A stretch of DNA of 58,592 bases from an uncultured bacterium (GTDB lineage Bacteria > Ratteibacteria > UBA8468 > B48-G9 > JAFGKM01): contig CAYOFY010000001.1 in the NCBI GenBank assembly GCA_964403465.1, positions 1 through 58,592 of the forward strand, written 5' to 3'. The translations under genes were made by a program, and so were the position numbers. The notes beneath the pieces are model-generated. The model searched no databases. It saw only the letters and a program-made list of their open reading frames with translations, and had not been told where the DNA came from. How positions within the stretch are numbered: the first letter of the stretch is position 1; every line of letters begins with the position of its first letter. Positions 46,757 to 56,542 of the stretch are shown one piece after another.

Positions 46757-47737
46757 ATGAGAAGAACTGCGATATTATGTGGTTTGCTTTTACTTGCGGC
46801 AAGTCTGTTTTTTGTGATCTCGAAGCGTTCCGCCTGTAATTACGTCGCAAGAGAAGAACTCGCAATGGATACATTTGTGAAGATAACCATGGAGAAATCC
46901 TCTGATGATGAAGCAATACTCAATGAAGCTTTCAGCAGAATAAGCGAACTTGAAAAGGTATTCAACGTTCATGATCCCGACAGCGAAATCAGCCGGCTGA
47001 ACAGGTTGAAGAAAAGCGAGGTTTCCGAAGAACTTCTTCACCTTATCAAGAAGAGCATCACTGTGAGCAAAGTGACCGGCGGTGCATTCGACATAACCGT
47101 GCTGCCGCTTATGAATCTATACAGGAACGCGGAGAAAAGAGGCACCCCTCCTTCAGAACAAGAGATAAGGAAAACTCTGGAACATGTGGGATGGGAGAGG
47201 ATAGGAATTCGGGGAAATACTGTAATCATCCCGGAAAGCATTGATATGGGGGGTATAGCAAAAGGATACATAGTTGACAGGACTGCTGAATTTCTGAAGG
47301 AGAAAGGTGTACGGAGCGCCCTTATAAACGCAGGAGGCGATATATACTGTTTCGGCAAAAACCCCGACGGAAGGAAATGGAAGGTAGGAGTACAGGATCC
47401 ATTCAGGAAAGACGGTATCAGGCAGATTGTCCGCTTGACCGATTATGGAATAGCTACATCGGGCGATTATGAAAGATACCTTAAAATAAAGGGGAAGAAA
47501 TACGGACATATAGTAAATCCGAGGACAGGTGAGAGTGTTCAGAATTATCCAGCAGGTGTAACGGTAATTGCAGATAATGCCGCAACTGCCGATGGATTCG
47601 CTACTGCGTTTTTCGTCCTGGGGATTGAGAAAAGCATTGAGCTTGCAAACATGGAAAAAAACCTGGAAGTTCTTTTGATAGATGACAAAGGCAAGATACA
47701 CGAAAGCAGAAATTTTTCAAAGTTCACCGCGCCATAG
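46757..47737 (+). CDS. apbE: FAD:protein FMN transferase (ApbE family)
   Basis: Lipoprotein-like N-terminus. Motifs 'AMDTFVKIT', 'MGGIAKGY' and 'ATSGDYERY'. Confidence 0.9.
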   Translation: MRRTAILCGLLLLAASLFFVISKRSACNYVAREELAMDTFVKITMEKSSDDEAILNEAFSRISELEKVFNVHDPDSEISRLNRLKKSEVSEELLHLIKKSITVSKVTGGAFDITVLPLMNLYRNAEKRGTPPSEQEIRKTLEHVGWERIGIRGNTVIIPESIDMGGIAKGYIVDRTAEFLKEKGVRSALINAGGDIYCFGKNPDGRKWKVGVQDPFRKDGIRQIVRLTDYGIATSGDYERYLKIKGKKYGHIVNPRTGESVQNYPAGVTVIADNAATADGFATAFFVLGIEKSIELANMEKNLEVLLIDDKGKIHESRNFSKFTAP

Positions 47738-48988
47738 GTCGTCGTATCTTTCTCTTTTCCTCACGGTGAAATCTTTATTCCCGTCCACCATCACCTCACA
47801 GGGTTTTGGTCTGCTGTTATAGTTTGAAGACATGCTGAAACAATAAGCCCCTGCGCTTGCCACGACAAGAAGGTCTCCTTGCTTTATCCCGGAAGGGATC
47901 CTTGCATCCCTTGCCAGATAATCACCTGTCTCACAGATGGGACCAACGATATCCGCCTTCATGCTTCTTTCACTCCTGCCGATTTTGGCCGGCAGCACGG
48001 TATGATGACTCCCGTAAAGAGCAGGCCTTATAAGGTCATTCATACCGGCATCAGTTATGACAAAATTCTTATCCTGCCTCTTCTTGACATACAGTACTCT
48101 GACGAGAAGAACAGCTGTATTTCCGACGATATACCTGCCAGGTTCAAGAACAAGGGTTTTCACTCCGATTTCTTTTATCTTTTCTGTTATCCTCCTGCCA
48201 AAATCCTCAATTTTCATTACTCTGTCGGTTGGAGAATAGGCGATACCGAAACCGCCCCCGATATCTATAATTTCGGGTTTAAATCCTGTTCTGCAGGAAA
48301 AACTTTTTACTTTCTCCAAAGCCATCATATAAGGAGCCACTTCCTTCAATTGTGAACCGAGATGCAGGTGAAATCCTCTTATGGCAATATGTCTGTTACC
48401 TGTGTTTTTCCTGATAACCTCTGCCGCCTCAGGCAGATCCAGGCCAAACTTGGTTTCTTTCTTGGATGTCTTCACATAATGATGGGTATCAACGTCTATA
48501 TCCAGATTCAGACGCAGATTGCACAGGATATTTCTCCTGTTGCATCTCCTGGCAAATTTTCCTATCACCCCTATTTCCTCTTTGTTTTCAATGTTGATAC
48601 AATATATATTCTTCTTTATGGCAAGCTCAATCTCGTTCTCTTTCTTCCCTGCTCCAGCAAATACTATCTTTCGCCTCGGGAAACCTGCGAGTAATGCCCT
48701 GCGCAACTCCCCTTCTGAAACCACATCGGCACCGAATCCGTTCTCTGCCATCAACCGCAGTATATGCTGATTTGAGTTTGCTTTCATAGAGTAACAGACA
48801 ATTGAGTTAACACCACCGAACGCTTTCTGGAAATTGTCCATTCTGGAAAGCAGGGAGTTCCTGCTGTAAATGTAGCATGGGGTTCCGTATTTTGCGGCTA
48901 TATCATCAACCGGTCTTTTCTCCGCATGAAAGATACCCTTTTCATATCCGAAAAACCCGTTGAAAATTATTTTAATACCTTCTTCCAT
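47717..48988 (-). CDS. lysA: diaminopimelate decarboxylase
   Basis: 'YSMKANSN' (PLP lysine), 'IDIGGGFGI', 'EPGRYIV' and 'GPICETGD'. Confidence 0.95.
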   Translation of the reverse strand: MEEGIKIIFNGFFGYEKGIFHAEKRPVDDIAAKYGTPCYIYSRNSLLSRMDNFQKAFGGVNSIVCYSMKANSNQHILRLMAENGFGADVVSEGELRRALLAGFPRRKIVFAGAGKKENEIELAIKKNIYCINIENKEEIGVIGKFARRCNRRNILCNLRLNLDIDVDTHHYVKTSKKETKFGLDLPEAAEVIRKNTGNRHIAIRGFHLHLGSQLKEVAPYMMALEKVKSFSCRTGFKPEIIDIGGGFGIAYSPTDRVMKIEDFGRRITEKIKEIGVKTLVLEPGRYIVGNTAVLLVRVLYVKKRQDKNFVITDAGMNDLIRPALYGSHHTVLPAKIGRSERSMKADIVGPICETGDYLARDARIPSGIKQGDLLVVASAGAYCFSMSSNYNSRPKPCEVMVDGNKDFTVRKRERYDDLWRGEL

Positions 48989-50337
48989 CTGTCTATCTCC
49001 CTTCTTACAAGTTGCGGAGCAGTCCCGCCGTATGACAGTTTTCCCTCAACCGAACCCCTGAAACTCAGGATTTTCTTTATGTCCATGGAAAACTTCGGGG
49101 AAAAATTCTTCCATTCCTTCATATCCAGGTCTGCCATACTCTTATTCTTTTCAATGCAGTATCTTATCAGTTCGCCGCACACACCGTGCGCCTTCCTGAA
49201 AGGAACTTCCTTTTTAACAAGATACTCGGCTATATCCGTGGCAAGTGTGAATTCCGTAAGCGCTCTTTCCGCGGCCTTCCTGTCAAAAATTATTGATGGA
49301 ACGACATGCGCAAGGATTTCAAGAGAAGCCATGGTATCCTCAAGTATCCCGAAAACCAGCCGTTTGTCTTCCTGCAGATCCCTGTCATAAGACAGAGGCA
49401 ACCCTTTCAGAAGAGCCATAAGCCCGGCAAGCATGCCCACTGACGAAGATGCCTTGCCCCTTATGAGTTCAAGAATATCGGGATTCTTTTTCTGAGGCAT
49501 TATGCTCGAACCCGTGCAGTATCTGTCAGGAAGTCTGATAAATCCGAATTCGTGAGTATTCCAGATGATAATATCTTCTGAGAACCTTGATAGATTCAGC
49601 ATCAGGATCGCACAGGCACACGCAGGTTCAAGCAAAAAATCCCGGGAAGCTACGGTGTCCATACTGTTGCGTGAAACCTGAGAAAACCCAAGGAGACTGG
49701 CAAGATGCTTTCTGTCAACCGGCAGTGATGTGCCGCAGCATGCGCAGACCCCGGAGGGGAGAACATCTACCACTCTGTACGCATTCTCAAAACGCTTCTT
49801 GTCCCTTTCAAGCATCTCTGTGTATGCAAGGAAATAATGGGCCGCGAGAACGGGCTGGCTCTGCTGCATATGCGTGTATGCGGGCATAACATGCGGGAAA
49901 ACCTCTCCTGATTTTGCGACCATTACTTTCTGCAGAATCGTTATCCCTGCGATAATCTCGCTTATCACGTCCTTCATGAACAATCTTTCATCAAGAACTA
50001 TCTGGTCATTTCTTGAACGGCCCGTATGCAGCCTTTCTCCATCCCCGCCAGCAATCTCTATGAGCCGCCTTTCTATCGCCGTATGTATGTCTTCATCCGA
50101 TTTATTGAACCGGAACCTGTTCTGCTCAAATTCTTTCCTTATTTTTTCCAGTCCTGCAACTATCCTTCTCCCTTCTCGTGCACCTATAATCCCGCATTTG
50201 ATGAGCATTTTCGTATGGGCGATACTGCCCTTGATATCGTATAAAGCAAGTTTTCTGTCTATATCCAGAGAAGAGGTAAAATGGATAACCCTGTCTTCCA
50301 CCTTCTCGTTGAACCTGCCTTCCCACATATATTCCAT
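48967..50337 (-). CDS. argH: argininosuccinate lyase
   Basis: The ATG at 50337 follows AGGGGGA ('MEYMWEGRF'). Motifs 'HTGRSRNDQ' and 'GSSIMPQKKNPD'. Confidence 0.96.
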   Translation of the reverse strand: MEYMWEGRFNEKVEDRVIHFTSSLDIDRKLALYDIKGSIAHTKMLIKCGIIGAREGRRIVAGLEKIRKEFEQNRFRFNKSDEDIHTAIERRLIEIAGGDGERLHTGRSRNDQIVLDERLFMKDVISEIIAGITILQKVMVAKSGEVFPHVMPAYTHMQQSQPVLAAHYFLAYTEMLERDKKRFENAYRVVDVLPSGVCACCGTSLPVDRKHLASLLGFSQVSRNSMDTVASRDFLLEPACACAILMLNLSRFSEDIIIWNTHEFGFIRLPDRYCTGSSIMPQKKNPDILELIRGKASSSVGMLAGLMALLKGLPLSYDRDLQEDKRLVFGILEDTMASLEILAHVVPSIIFDRKAAERALTEFTLATDIAEYLVKKEVPFRKAHGVCGELIRYCIEKNKSMADLDMKEWKNFSPKFSMDIKKILSFRGSVEGKLSYGGTAPQLVRREIDRWKKVLK

Positions 50338-50441
50338 CTCATCCCCCTGTTTATAGGTTTCAGTGCACCCGGTCACTGATAGTTTACAGCATTTGTCTCT
50401 CATGCGCAATAAAATCTGTGTTATAATATGCCGGAGAAACC

Positions 50442-51176
50442 ATGCAACAGAATATTGACCGGGAAAGGTTTTACAGGGACATACTGAACCACTCAGGATT
50501 TGAGAGATTTCAGGTGAGGGTTGAAGAGACCGACCTTCTCGTTATTGCTGAGAAAAATCTGAAAAATGAAGTTGAAACACAGGCAATAAAACAGCGGGAT
50601 ATCATAAAAAAATATATCAAGGGCCATCCGGAATTTTACACCTCCTTTTCACCCGTGCATTGCGAAAGCGATGAGGAAATCATACGGCTCATGTGTGATT
50701 CTTCCAGGATGACGTCTACCGGCCCGATGGCTTCGGTTGCAGGAGCAATTGCTGAACTGATTGGACGCAGCATCTTACCGTTAACAAGTCAGGTATTCAT
50801 TGAAAACGGCGGGGACATCTTTGCACTGATGCACAGGGATTTCACCGTCGGTATTTATGCCGGCAACTCCCCGCTATCTCTGAAGGTGGGGATAAGGGTA
50901 TCCGGCGGAAATTTTCCTGTTGGCATCGCCACTTCAAGCGGCACGGTTGGACATTCTTTCAGTTACGGTAAAGCGGACGCGGCAACGGTGCTTTCCGGTT
51001 CCGCCGCCTTTTCTGACGGAGCAGCAACTTATTTTGGGAACCTTGTAAACGCAAATACTATTGAAAAAGACCTGTTGGAACGCGAACTTGAGAAGTTCCC
51101 GTTCATAAATGGGTTACTGGTCATTAAGGGAAAAGAGATATTCGCATGGGGGCAGATAGAACTTGTTTCATTTTGA
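50442..51176 (+). CDS. UPF0280 / ApbE-superfamily-like protein
   Basis: 244 aa. 'TGPMASVAGAIAE' and 'ENGGDIF' resemble the UPF0280 family. Assignment by recollection only. Confidence 0.55.
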   Translation: MQQNIDRERFYRDILNHSGFERFQVRVEETDLLVIAEKNLKNEVETQAIKQRDIIKKYIKGHPEFYTSFSPVHCESDEEIIRLMCDSSRMTSTGPMASVAGAIAELIGRSILPLTSQVFIENGGDIFALMHRDFTVGIYAGNSPLSLKVGIRVSGGNFPVGIATSSGTVGHSFSYGKADAATVLSGSAAFSDGAATYFGNLVNANTIEKDLLERELEKFPFINGLLVIKGKEIFAWGQIELVSF

Positions 51177-51703
51177 AACTCGCAAGAAGAAGAACCGCAT
51201 TCAACCTGCTGTTTTTTGTTATCGTTGGAATTTTTGCAAAAGGCAGTTATTTGGACATACTGGCAGGAGCTCCTTTTATTCTGCTGGGCAGTTTTATGCG
51301 GATACTTTCCGCAGGCACTATCAGGAAAAATGAAGTTCTGACGAATACCGGTCCATACAGAGTTTGCAGAAACCCCCTGTACCTTGGAAGTTTCCTGATA
51401 TCCGCAGGCCTTGTTATAGTTGCAGACAGCATATTCCCGTTATTGTTTTTTATCGTTTTTTTCCCGCTGATATATATACCCGCAATATTTATGGAAGAAG
51501 AGTTCCTGCAAAGAAAATTCGGAGAGGATTACCTGCTCTACAGGAAACGTGTCCCGGCCTTCATACCTGCCGTGAAGAAGGTGGATTTTACTGATTTTTC
51601 GTGGGGAAGGATAAAGGAAAACAGAGAATATACAAACTGGGGAATTATATTCATACTGATAATAATAACGTTAATAAAATCCTATCTTGTATTTAACAAA
51701 TAG
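51146..51703 (+). CDS. isoprenylcysteine carboxyl / phospholipid methyltransferase-family membrane protein
   Basis: 'GPYRVCRNPLYLGSFL' and 'EEEFLQRKFGEDYLLYRKRVP', with 4 hydrophobic segments. The start is uncertain because it overlaps the upstream gene by 31 nt. Confidence 0.7.
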   Translation: MGADRTCFILKLARRRTAFNLLFFVIVGIFAKGSYLDILAGAPFILLGSFMRILSAGTIRKNEVLTNTGPYRVCRNPLYLGSFLISAGLVIVADSIFPLLFFIVFFPLIYIPAIFMEEEFLQRKFGEDYLLYRKRVPAFIPAVKKVDFTDFSWGRIKENREYTNWGIIFILIIITLIKSYLVFNK

Positions 51704-52975
51704 ACCTGCCCAGCATATTATCAGGGCAACCAGCGTCGGCAGGAAAGCAAGTTTAATCCACCGTCCCCAGCCTATTCTAATATGCTGGCTTTCCATAAAC
51801 GCATACCCCAGTACATTTGCACTTGCCCCTATGGGTGTGAAATTGCCTCCTATATCCAGTCCCAGGCTTGCCCCCCAGATGAGTAATGTAACGGAATAAG
51901 ACAGGACAGGCGTGAGATTTTTAATAAGATACCCTATACTTATGGCTTCAGGAACATTGTCTATAACACTGCTGGTAAGCGCTCCGCCCCAGAAGAGAAC
52001 ACTGGTCATGCCAAAGATATGCCCGGCAAAGTTACTGACTGACATGGCGAGCCTTCGCATGACGCCGGTCTTCTCCAGTGCCCCGACGATAACAAAAAGC
52101 CCTGTCAGAAATAACAGGGTTTCAATATCTATTTCTCGCAGGATGTTCTTGAGTTTCGGATTGTTTCCCTTTGTGGTAAGAATCGTAAATGCCGGTATGA
52201 GACTGGCAAGAGCTATGTTCAGCGGCAAAACATCCCTTGTAAAATCCCTGAGTATGAGCAAAGCCACAGTTGCCAGAAATCCCACCAATCCAATCTTCAT
52301 GAGAGACCTATCCTCAATTGCATCTTCAGGGACAAGTTTTTTCAATTCTTCTTTCTTAATCTTATTATTAAGCTTCAGAAGTTCTTTCCTGTGTCCTGCA
52401 TATAAAATAGATATTGCCCCGGCAGCCCCGACCATACTCAAAATCCAGTTATTTTTTACAAAATCCGTGAAGCCAAGACCAAACATAGAACCAAGAACTA
52501 CATTAGGAGGATCTCCCATAAGAGTACCTGTCCCGCCTATATTAGCCATGCAGATTTCGGCAACAATGTAGGGAGCCGCATCAAATCTCAATATCTTGCT
52601 TAGAGCATACGTGAGCGGCGCAAGAAAAACAATGACGCTTATGGAATCAATAAATCCGGAGAGAAAACATGCCATCAACGGAAAGAATATAAAAATTTTT
52701 GCAGGGTTAAAATCAAGTTTTCTGGCTATCAGCAGAGAGAAATAGTTAAAAAAACCGGATCCTTCAATAATCTTGACAAGCATGAAAACACCAAACAGGA
52801 AACCCAGTGTTTCCCAGTCAACATACAGGGAAACTTCTTTCGGTGTGTAAACCTTTAAGAGAACAAGCAGAACAGTTCCTGAGAGAGCAACATAAACCCT
52901 GGGTGATTTCTCTATTGCTATGAAAAAATAACATGCGACAAAAACCGTGATGCTTATCAGTGCTTTTATGTCCAT
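51671..52975 (-). CDS. ArsB/NhaD-superfamily (CitMHS-like) permease
   Basis: 434 aa with about 11 hydrophobic segments and the two-halves architecture typical of the ion-transporter superfamily. Substrate not inferable. Confidence 0.65.
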   Translation of the reverse strand: MDIKALISITVFVACYFFIAIEKSPRVYVALSGTVLLVLLKVYTPKEVSLYVDWETLGFLFGVFMLVKIIEGSGFFNYFSLLIARKLDFNPAKIFIFFPLMACFLSGFIDSISVIVFLAPLTYALSKILRFDAAPYIVAEICMANIGGTGTLMGDPPNVVLGSMFGLGFTDFVKNNWILSMVGAAGAISILYAGHRKELLKLNNKIKKEELKKLVPEDAIEDRSLMKIGLVGFLATVALLILRDFTRDVLPLNIALASLIPAFTILTTKGNNPKLKNILREIDIETLLFLTGLFVIVGALEKTGVMRRLAMSVSNFAGHIFGMTSVLFWGGALTSSVIDNVPEAISIGYLIKNLTPVLSYSVTLLIWGASLGLDIGGNFTPIGASANVLGYAFMESQHIRIGWGRWIKLAFLPTLVALIICWAGLFVKYKIGFY

Positions 52976-52987
52976 ATTTATGAATCC

Positions 52988-53440
52988 CTAAATCATAAAC
53001 GCTCTGCAAATTTCGTTCCTGGAAACGTAACCCACAGGTACATTGTCCTTGTTGACTACTATCAACCTGTGAATGTTCTTTTTCTTCATCATGACTGCCG
53101 CTTTGAGCATGGAATCTTCTTCCCTTATTGAACAAACAGTTGTTTGCATTATATCCCTGGCAAGAACCAGAGGAGAGATATGCTCTATATTTTCAACAAC
53201 ATCTGTGAGAAAATCTGCAAGAAAAGAGACCTTTTCAAGAATGGAAATCTCTTCTTTCGAAAAAAGCAGATCATCAAGCAAATCGCCAAGACTTATCAGC
53301 CCTACCAGTTTCCTTTCGCCGTTGACGACCGGTAGTATGTTATGACCGCTATTGGAAAAAAGTTCAAGTATGGTTCTGATGGATGTCTGTTCAGTAAGTG
53401 TCGGTATTTCTTCCACCATGAAGTCTTTGACTTTTTTCAT
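52988..53440 (-). CDS. CBS-domain pair protein
   Basis: The ATG at 53440 follows AAAGGAGGG. Two CBS repeats ('ILPVVNGERKLVGLISLGDLL' and 'IHRLIVVNKDNVPVGYVSRNEI'). It lies immediately upstream of the permease. Confidence 0.8.
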   Translation of the reverse strand: MKKVKDFMVEEIPTLTEQTSIRTILELFSNSGHNILPVVNGERKLVGLISLGDLLDDLLFSKEEISILEKVSFLADFLTDVVENIEHISPLVLARDIMQTTVCSIREEDSMLKAAVMMKKKNIHRLIVVNKDNVPVGYVSRNEICRAFMI

Positions 53441-53563
53441 GACCCTCCTTTTACCCCCTTTTTGATGCACAGTTCAAACTTTGGTCGTCTCAACAGGATC
53501 TGGACCAGCCATTATATATCTCCTCATAAACAGGGGGTCATTATTTATGTTTCAATTGCAACT

Positions 53564-53630
53564 TTGATTTTACAATTTTTTCTGGTATAATATCAACTTA
53601 ACTTGACATTAATGTTTTTTCAACTAAAAT
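53564..53630 (+). promoter_or_regulatory. two tandem candidate sigma70 promoters upstream of rpsB-tsf
   Basis: TTGATT (53564-53569)-16 nt-TGgTATAAT (TATAAT at 53586-53591), and TTGACA (53603-53608)-16 nt-TAAAAT (53625-53630). Confidence 0.5.
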
Positions 53631-53679
53631 ATATGAAACTTTTGAATCATGTTTTGTGAAGGAATGGGGAAAGGAGAAA

Positions 53680-54543
53680 ATGGAAGTTACAATAAAAGAG
53701 CTTTTGGAGAACGGGGTATACTTCGGACACCCGACAAGGCAATTTGACCCTCGAATAAAACCTTTTCTCTATGGCAAGAGACAGGGCATTTACATAATAG
53801 ACATTGAAAAGAGCCTTGAAAAGATAAAGGAAGCGGGAGAATTTCTCAGGAAATCTGCTGCGGATGGCAAGACGATACTATTTGTCGGGACAAAAAAACA
53901 GGCACAGGTTCCCATAAAAGAATCTGCCGAGAAATGCGGAATGCCTTATGTTGATTATAGATGGATAGGCGGTACACTCACCAATTTTAGCGAGATAAGA
54001 AAGAGGATAGCGCGTCTTGACGAAATAGAGGGACTTGAGAAAAGCGGAAAACTCTCCTTATACACAAAAAAAGAGGCGTCTCTGCTTTTGAAGGAAAAGG
54101 AAAACCTCCTTAAGAAATTCGCAGGGATCAGGAATCTTAACAAATACCCGGAAGTCATTGTTGTCGTTGACGTAAGGAAAGAGATTAATATAATAAGGGA
54201 AGCCAAGAAAGTCGGAATCAGAATCGTCGGGATAGTTGACACCAACAGTAATCCCGAACTTCTGGATTACCCAATACCCGCTAATGATGATGGACTTAAG
54301 TCAATCAGTTTGATTCTTGAGAAACTTGCTGAATGTATAGCTGAAGGAAAAGCGTCGGTTCAATACCCGCTACCAATCCCGGAACAGGATAAAGAATCGC
54401 TGATTCAGACACCTCTCGAAGAACAGAAACAGGCTCAATCAGAGGAGCCGGAAAGGAAAACTTCTGGCGGGAGAAGAGCAAGAGGTGCAAAACCGGATGA
54501 GGTATCAGAAAAAACAGAGGAGCCAGAAAAAAATGAAGGTTGA
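53680..54543 (+). CDS. rpsB: 30S ribosomal protein S2 (with acidic/Lys-rich C-terminal extension)
   Basis: The ATG at 53680 follows AAAGGAG. 'LLENGVYFGHPTRQFDPR', 'ILFVGTKKQA' and 'VVVDVRKE..AI.EA.K.GI..VGIVDTN'. Confidence 0.96.
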   Translation: MEVTIKELLENGVYFGHPTRQFDPRIKPFLYGKRQGIYIIDIEKSLEKIKEAGEFLRKSAADGKTILFVGTKKQAQVPIKESAEKCGMPYVDYRWIGGTLTNFSEIRKRIARLDEIEGLEKSGKLSLYTKKEASLLLKEKENLLKKFAGIRNLNKYPEVIVVVDVRKEINIIREAKKVGIRIVGIVDTNSNPELLDYPIPANDDGLKSISLILEKLAECIAEGKASVQYPLPIPEQDKESLIQTPLEEQKQAQSEEPERKTSGGRRARGAKPDEVSEKTEEPEKNEG

Positions 54544-55120
54544 TGTATCTATTGTGAAGGAAATCCGGGATGAAACAGCTGCAAGTGTAATTGAATGCAA
54601 GAAGGCGCTGGAAGAAGCCAATGGCGACAAAGAAAAAGCACTGAACATCCTGAAAAAAAGAGGCATGATTATATCCCAGAAGAAAGCTGGAAGAGAGACA
54701 CGGGAAGGGCTTATCGGCGCTTATATACATACCAATGGTAAGATTGGCGTTCTTTTGGAAGTAAACACCGAGAGCGACTTTGTAGCAAGGAACGATGAAT
54801 TCAAGGAACTTGTAAAGAACCTTGCGCTTCAGATTACAGCATCTGCCCCCAGATGGGTTGACAGAGAATCCATCCCGGAAGAAATACTTGCCCAGGAACG
54901 TGAGATTTTCAAAGAGCAGTACAGCAATAAGCCACCTGCAGTGATTGATAAGATCATTGAAGGTAAAATGCAGGATTTTTACAAGGCGAATGTTCTCCTT
55001 GAACAAGCGTTCATCAAGGATGAGAATATGACTGTAAGGGAATATATAGAATCCAAGATTGCAAAACTCGGGGAAAACATAAAGGTAAAAAGATTTGTAA
55101 AATATGAAATTGGGGAGTAA
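54533..55120 (+). CDS. tsf: translation elongation factor Ts (short form)
   Basis: 'IVKEIRDETAASVIECKKALEEANGDKEKALNILKK' (UBA-like N-domain) and 'LALQITASAP'. Overlaps the rpsB stop by 11 nt. Confidence 0.93.
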   Translation: MKVDVSIVKEIRDETAASVIECKKALEEANGDKEKALNILKKRGMIISQKKAGRETREGLIGAYIHTNGKIGVLLEVNTESDFVARNDEFKELVKNLALQITASAPRWVDRESIPEEILAQEREIFKEQYSNKPPAVIDKIIEGKMQDFYKANVLLEQAFIKDENMTVREYIESKIAKLGENIKVKRFVKYEIGE

Positions 55121-55158
55121 AATAAGAGCAAGAATATATTTCCTAACCGGGAGGTACG

Positions 55159-55467
55159 ATGGAATTTGAAACTGGATATCTGTTAGCGCTGGTTGTTGTG
55201 GGATTGAGCTTTCTTGGTTTTTTTCTGGCGATGATGATTTCCGAGATAAACAAAAAGAAGGGCATAGTATTTTTTATACTCTCATTGATTCTCTTTGGAC
55301 TGGGAGTATATTATTACTATGTGGTCGGGCAATGGCAGAAGACAGTCGGAGGACCGAGTCCGAACAAGCTGAATGAGTATCTGTCCATCTATAAACCGGT
55401 TCCTGTATCCCAGCTGCCTTTTGAAGAAATGCCCAGTGAACCAAGTACACCGGAACTCCCGAAATAA
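55159..55467 (+). CDS. small membrane protein, unknown function
   Basis: 102 aa with two hydrophobic helices and GGGAGG upstream. No recognisable family. Confidence 0.45.
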   Translation: MEFETGYLLALVVVGLSFLGFFLAMMISEINKKKGIVFFILSLILFGLGVYYYYVVGQWQKTVGGPSPNKLNEYLSIYKPVPVSQLPFEEMPSEPSTPELPK

Positions 55468-55482
55468 TTTCGGACATTCCAG

Positions 55483-55520
55483 AAAAAAACAGGATATATT
55501 TTGATTTGCCTGTTTTTTTC
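55483..55520. terminator. bidirectional terminator between convergent genes
   Basis: aaaaaaacagg (55483-55493) pairs with cctgttttttt (55509-55519) across a 15-nt loop. An A-run and a T-run flank the hairpin. Confidence 0.65.
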
Positions 55521-55654
55521 TTTTATATGCAAAAGGGCGGAAATCTCTTTCAAGAAGGAATAATCTCTGTTATGTTGCTACCACGGTTTTCTGCACACTT
55601 CCAAAAGGCGTAAGTGATACAATCGTACGTATTGCCTGAACAAGATACGAATAT

Positions 55655-55942
55655 CTAAAAAAGCTCATCTTTCCCCGCATGGGTTTTATATAATCTTGTA
55701 ACTTTGAAAACAACTTTGTTTCTCTCCGGAATAAGAACCTCTGTTCCTGTCTTGGGATTTCTGCCCTTTTTCCTTTTCACTTTTTTAACTGAGAAAACCC
55801 CGAATCCTCGTAACTCAACTCTTTTACCTTCAGCCAGGGCATGTGACAGAACCATCAGAAATTTATCAGTGATCTCTTTCACTATAATTTTATTCAATCC
55901 GGTCTTCTCCGCAACCGCTTCAACTATGTCTTTTTTGATCAT
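55655..55942 (-). CDS. HU/IHF-family nucleoid-associated DNA-binding protein
   Basis: The ATG at 55942 gives 'MIKKDIVEAVAEKTGL'. 'LRGFGVFSVKKVKRKKGRNPKTGTEVLIPERNKVVFK' is the beta-arm signature. Confidence 0.9.
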   Translation of the reverse strand: MIKKDIVEAVAEKTGLNKIIVKEITDKFLMVLSHALAEGKRVELRGFGVFSVKKVKRKKGRNPKTGTEVLIPERNKVVFKVTRLYKTHAGKDELF

Positions 55943-56010
55943 TTTCTTTTTTTCTCTGCTGGTATTTCTGTCAGCCTTCAAATTCCTGACAGACCGCTCA
56001 TAAATTTGTC

Positions 56011-56029
56011 ATGCCGGAGGAGGGAGTTG
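56011..56029 (-). repeat. partial copy (19 nt) of the tRNA-Leu 3' end, followed by degenerate tRNA-like sequence
   Basis: atgccggaggagggagttg is identical to 56298-56316. The adjacent sequence keeps a 'gaatggc.gac' D-loop-like stretch on the minus strand, but the T-loop is not canonical. Confidence 0.8.
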
Positions 56030-56140
56030 GCGCCCTCGCCTCCCAAAACGGCTCAGGTCGGCCATTCGCTGTCCGATGTTCTTATTCATCACATCGGACT
56101 GACTTCGCTCTCTTCAACTCCCTCTTCAATGAAGCTTAAA

Positions 56141-56171
56141 ATGCCGGAGGAGGGAGTTGAACCCTCACGAG
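56141..56171 (-). repeat. partial copy (31 nt) of the tRNA-Leu 3' end (acceptor 3' strand + T arm)
   Basis: atgccggaggagggagttgaaccctcacgag is identical to 56298-56328, after which the two sequences diverge. Confidence 0.85.
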
Positions 56172-56298
56172 TCGCTTCGCTCTTTAGGAGGGGGAGATTC
56201 CCCCTTCCTAATGTTCTCCCCCCGACACCGACTGCATGGGAAAACCCTTTCCCCATACCCTTTTGCCTCGTTCGGGTTCTCTTTCATGAAAATTGCTA

Positions 56299-56381
56299 TG
56301 CCGGAGGAGGGAGTTGAACCCTCACGAGGTTGCCCTCACCGGATTTTGAGTCCGGCGCGTCTGCCATTCCACCACTCCGGC
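56299..56381 (-). tRNA. tRNA-Leu (anticodon CAA)
   Basis: The minus strand reads GCCGGAGTGGTGGAATGGCAGACGCGCCGGACTCAAAATCCGGTGAGGGCAACCTCGTGAGGGTTCAACTCCCTCCTCCGGCA. Acceptor stem is 7 bp (GCCGGAG/CTCCGGC). Anticodon stem CCGGA/TCCGG has loop CTCAAAA. There is a long variable arm, and the T arm is GAGGG-TTCAACT-CCCTC. No CCA is encoded. Confidence 0.92.
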
Positions 56382-56542
56382 CATTCATACCACGCTAGAT
56401 TATACTCTACCCTACCCTCTTTTTCAACACCCGCAGGGCAAAAACTGCACCCTGCAAGTGGTACGCTCTGGAGGAAGCAGTCAGTTGCGGAGATTGACTT
56501 TTTCTCAGGGCAGAGGTATATTCGTCTTACAGACCGATAACG

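Noticed and set aside
55943-56298. Possibility of an integrated prophage or genomic island at tRNA-Leu.
   Set aside because: The distance between the tRNA and its partial copies is only about 130-290 bp, with no integrase or cargo genes. Only scars remain, and these are reported as a finding.
56006-56540. ORFs 56006-56317 and 56157-56540 (plus strand) and 56336-56569 (minus strand).
   Set aside because: They run through tRNA-Leu and its partial duplicates. Their translations are repeat-derived ('MPEEGVEPSR' appears twice in the plus-strand ORFs) and have no ribosome-binding site.
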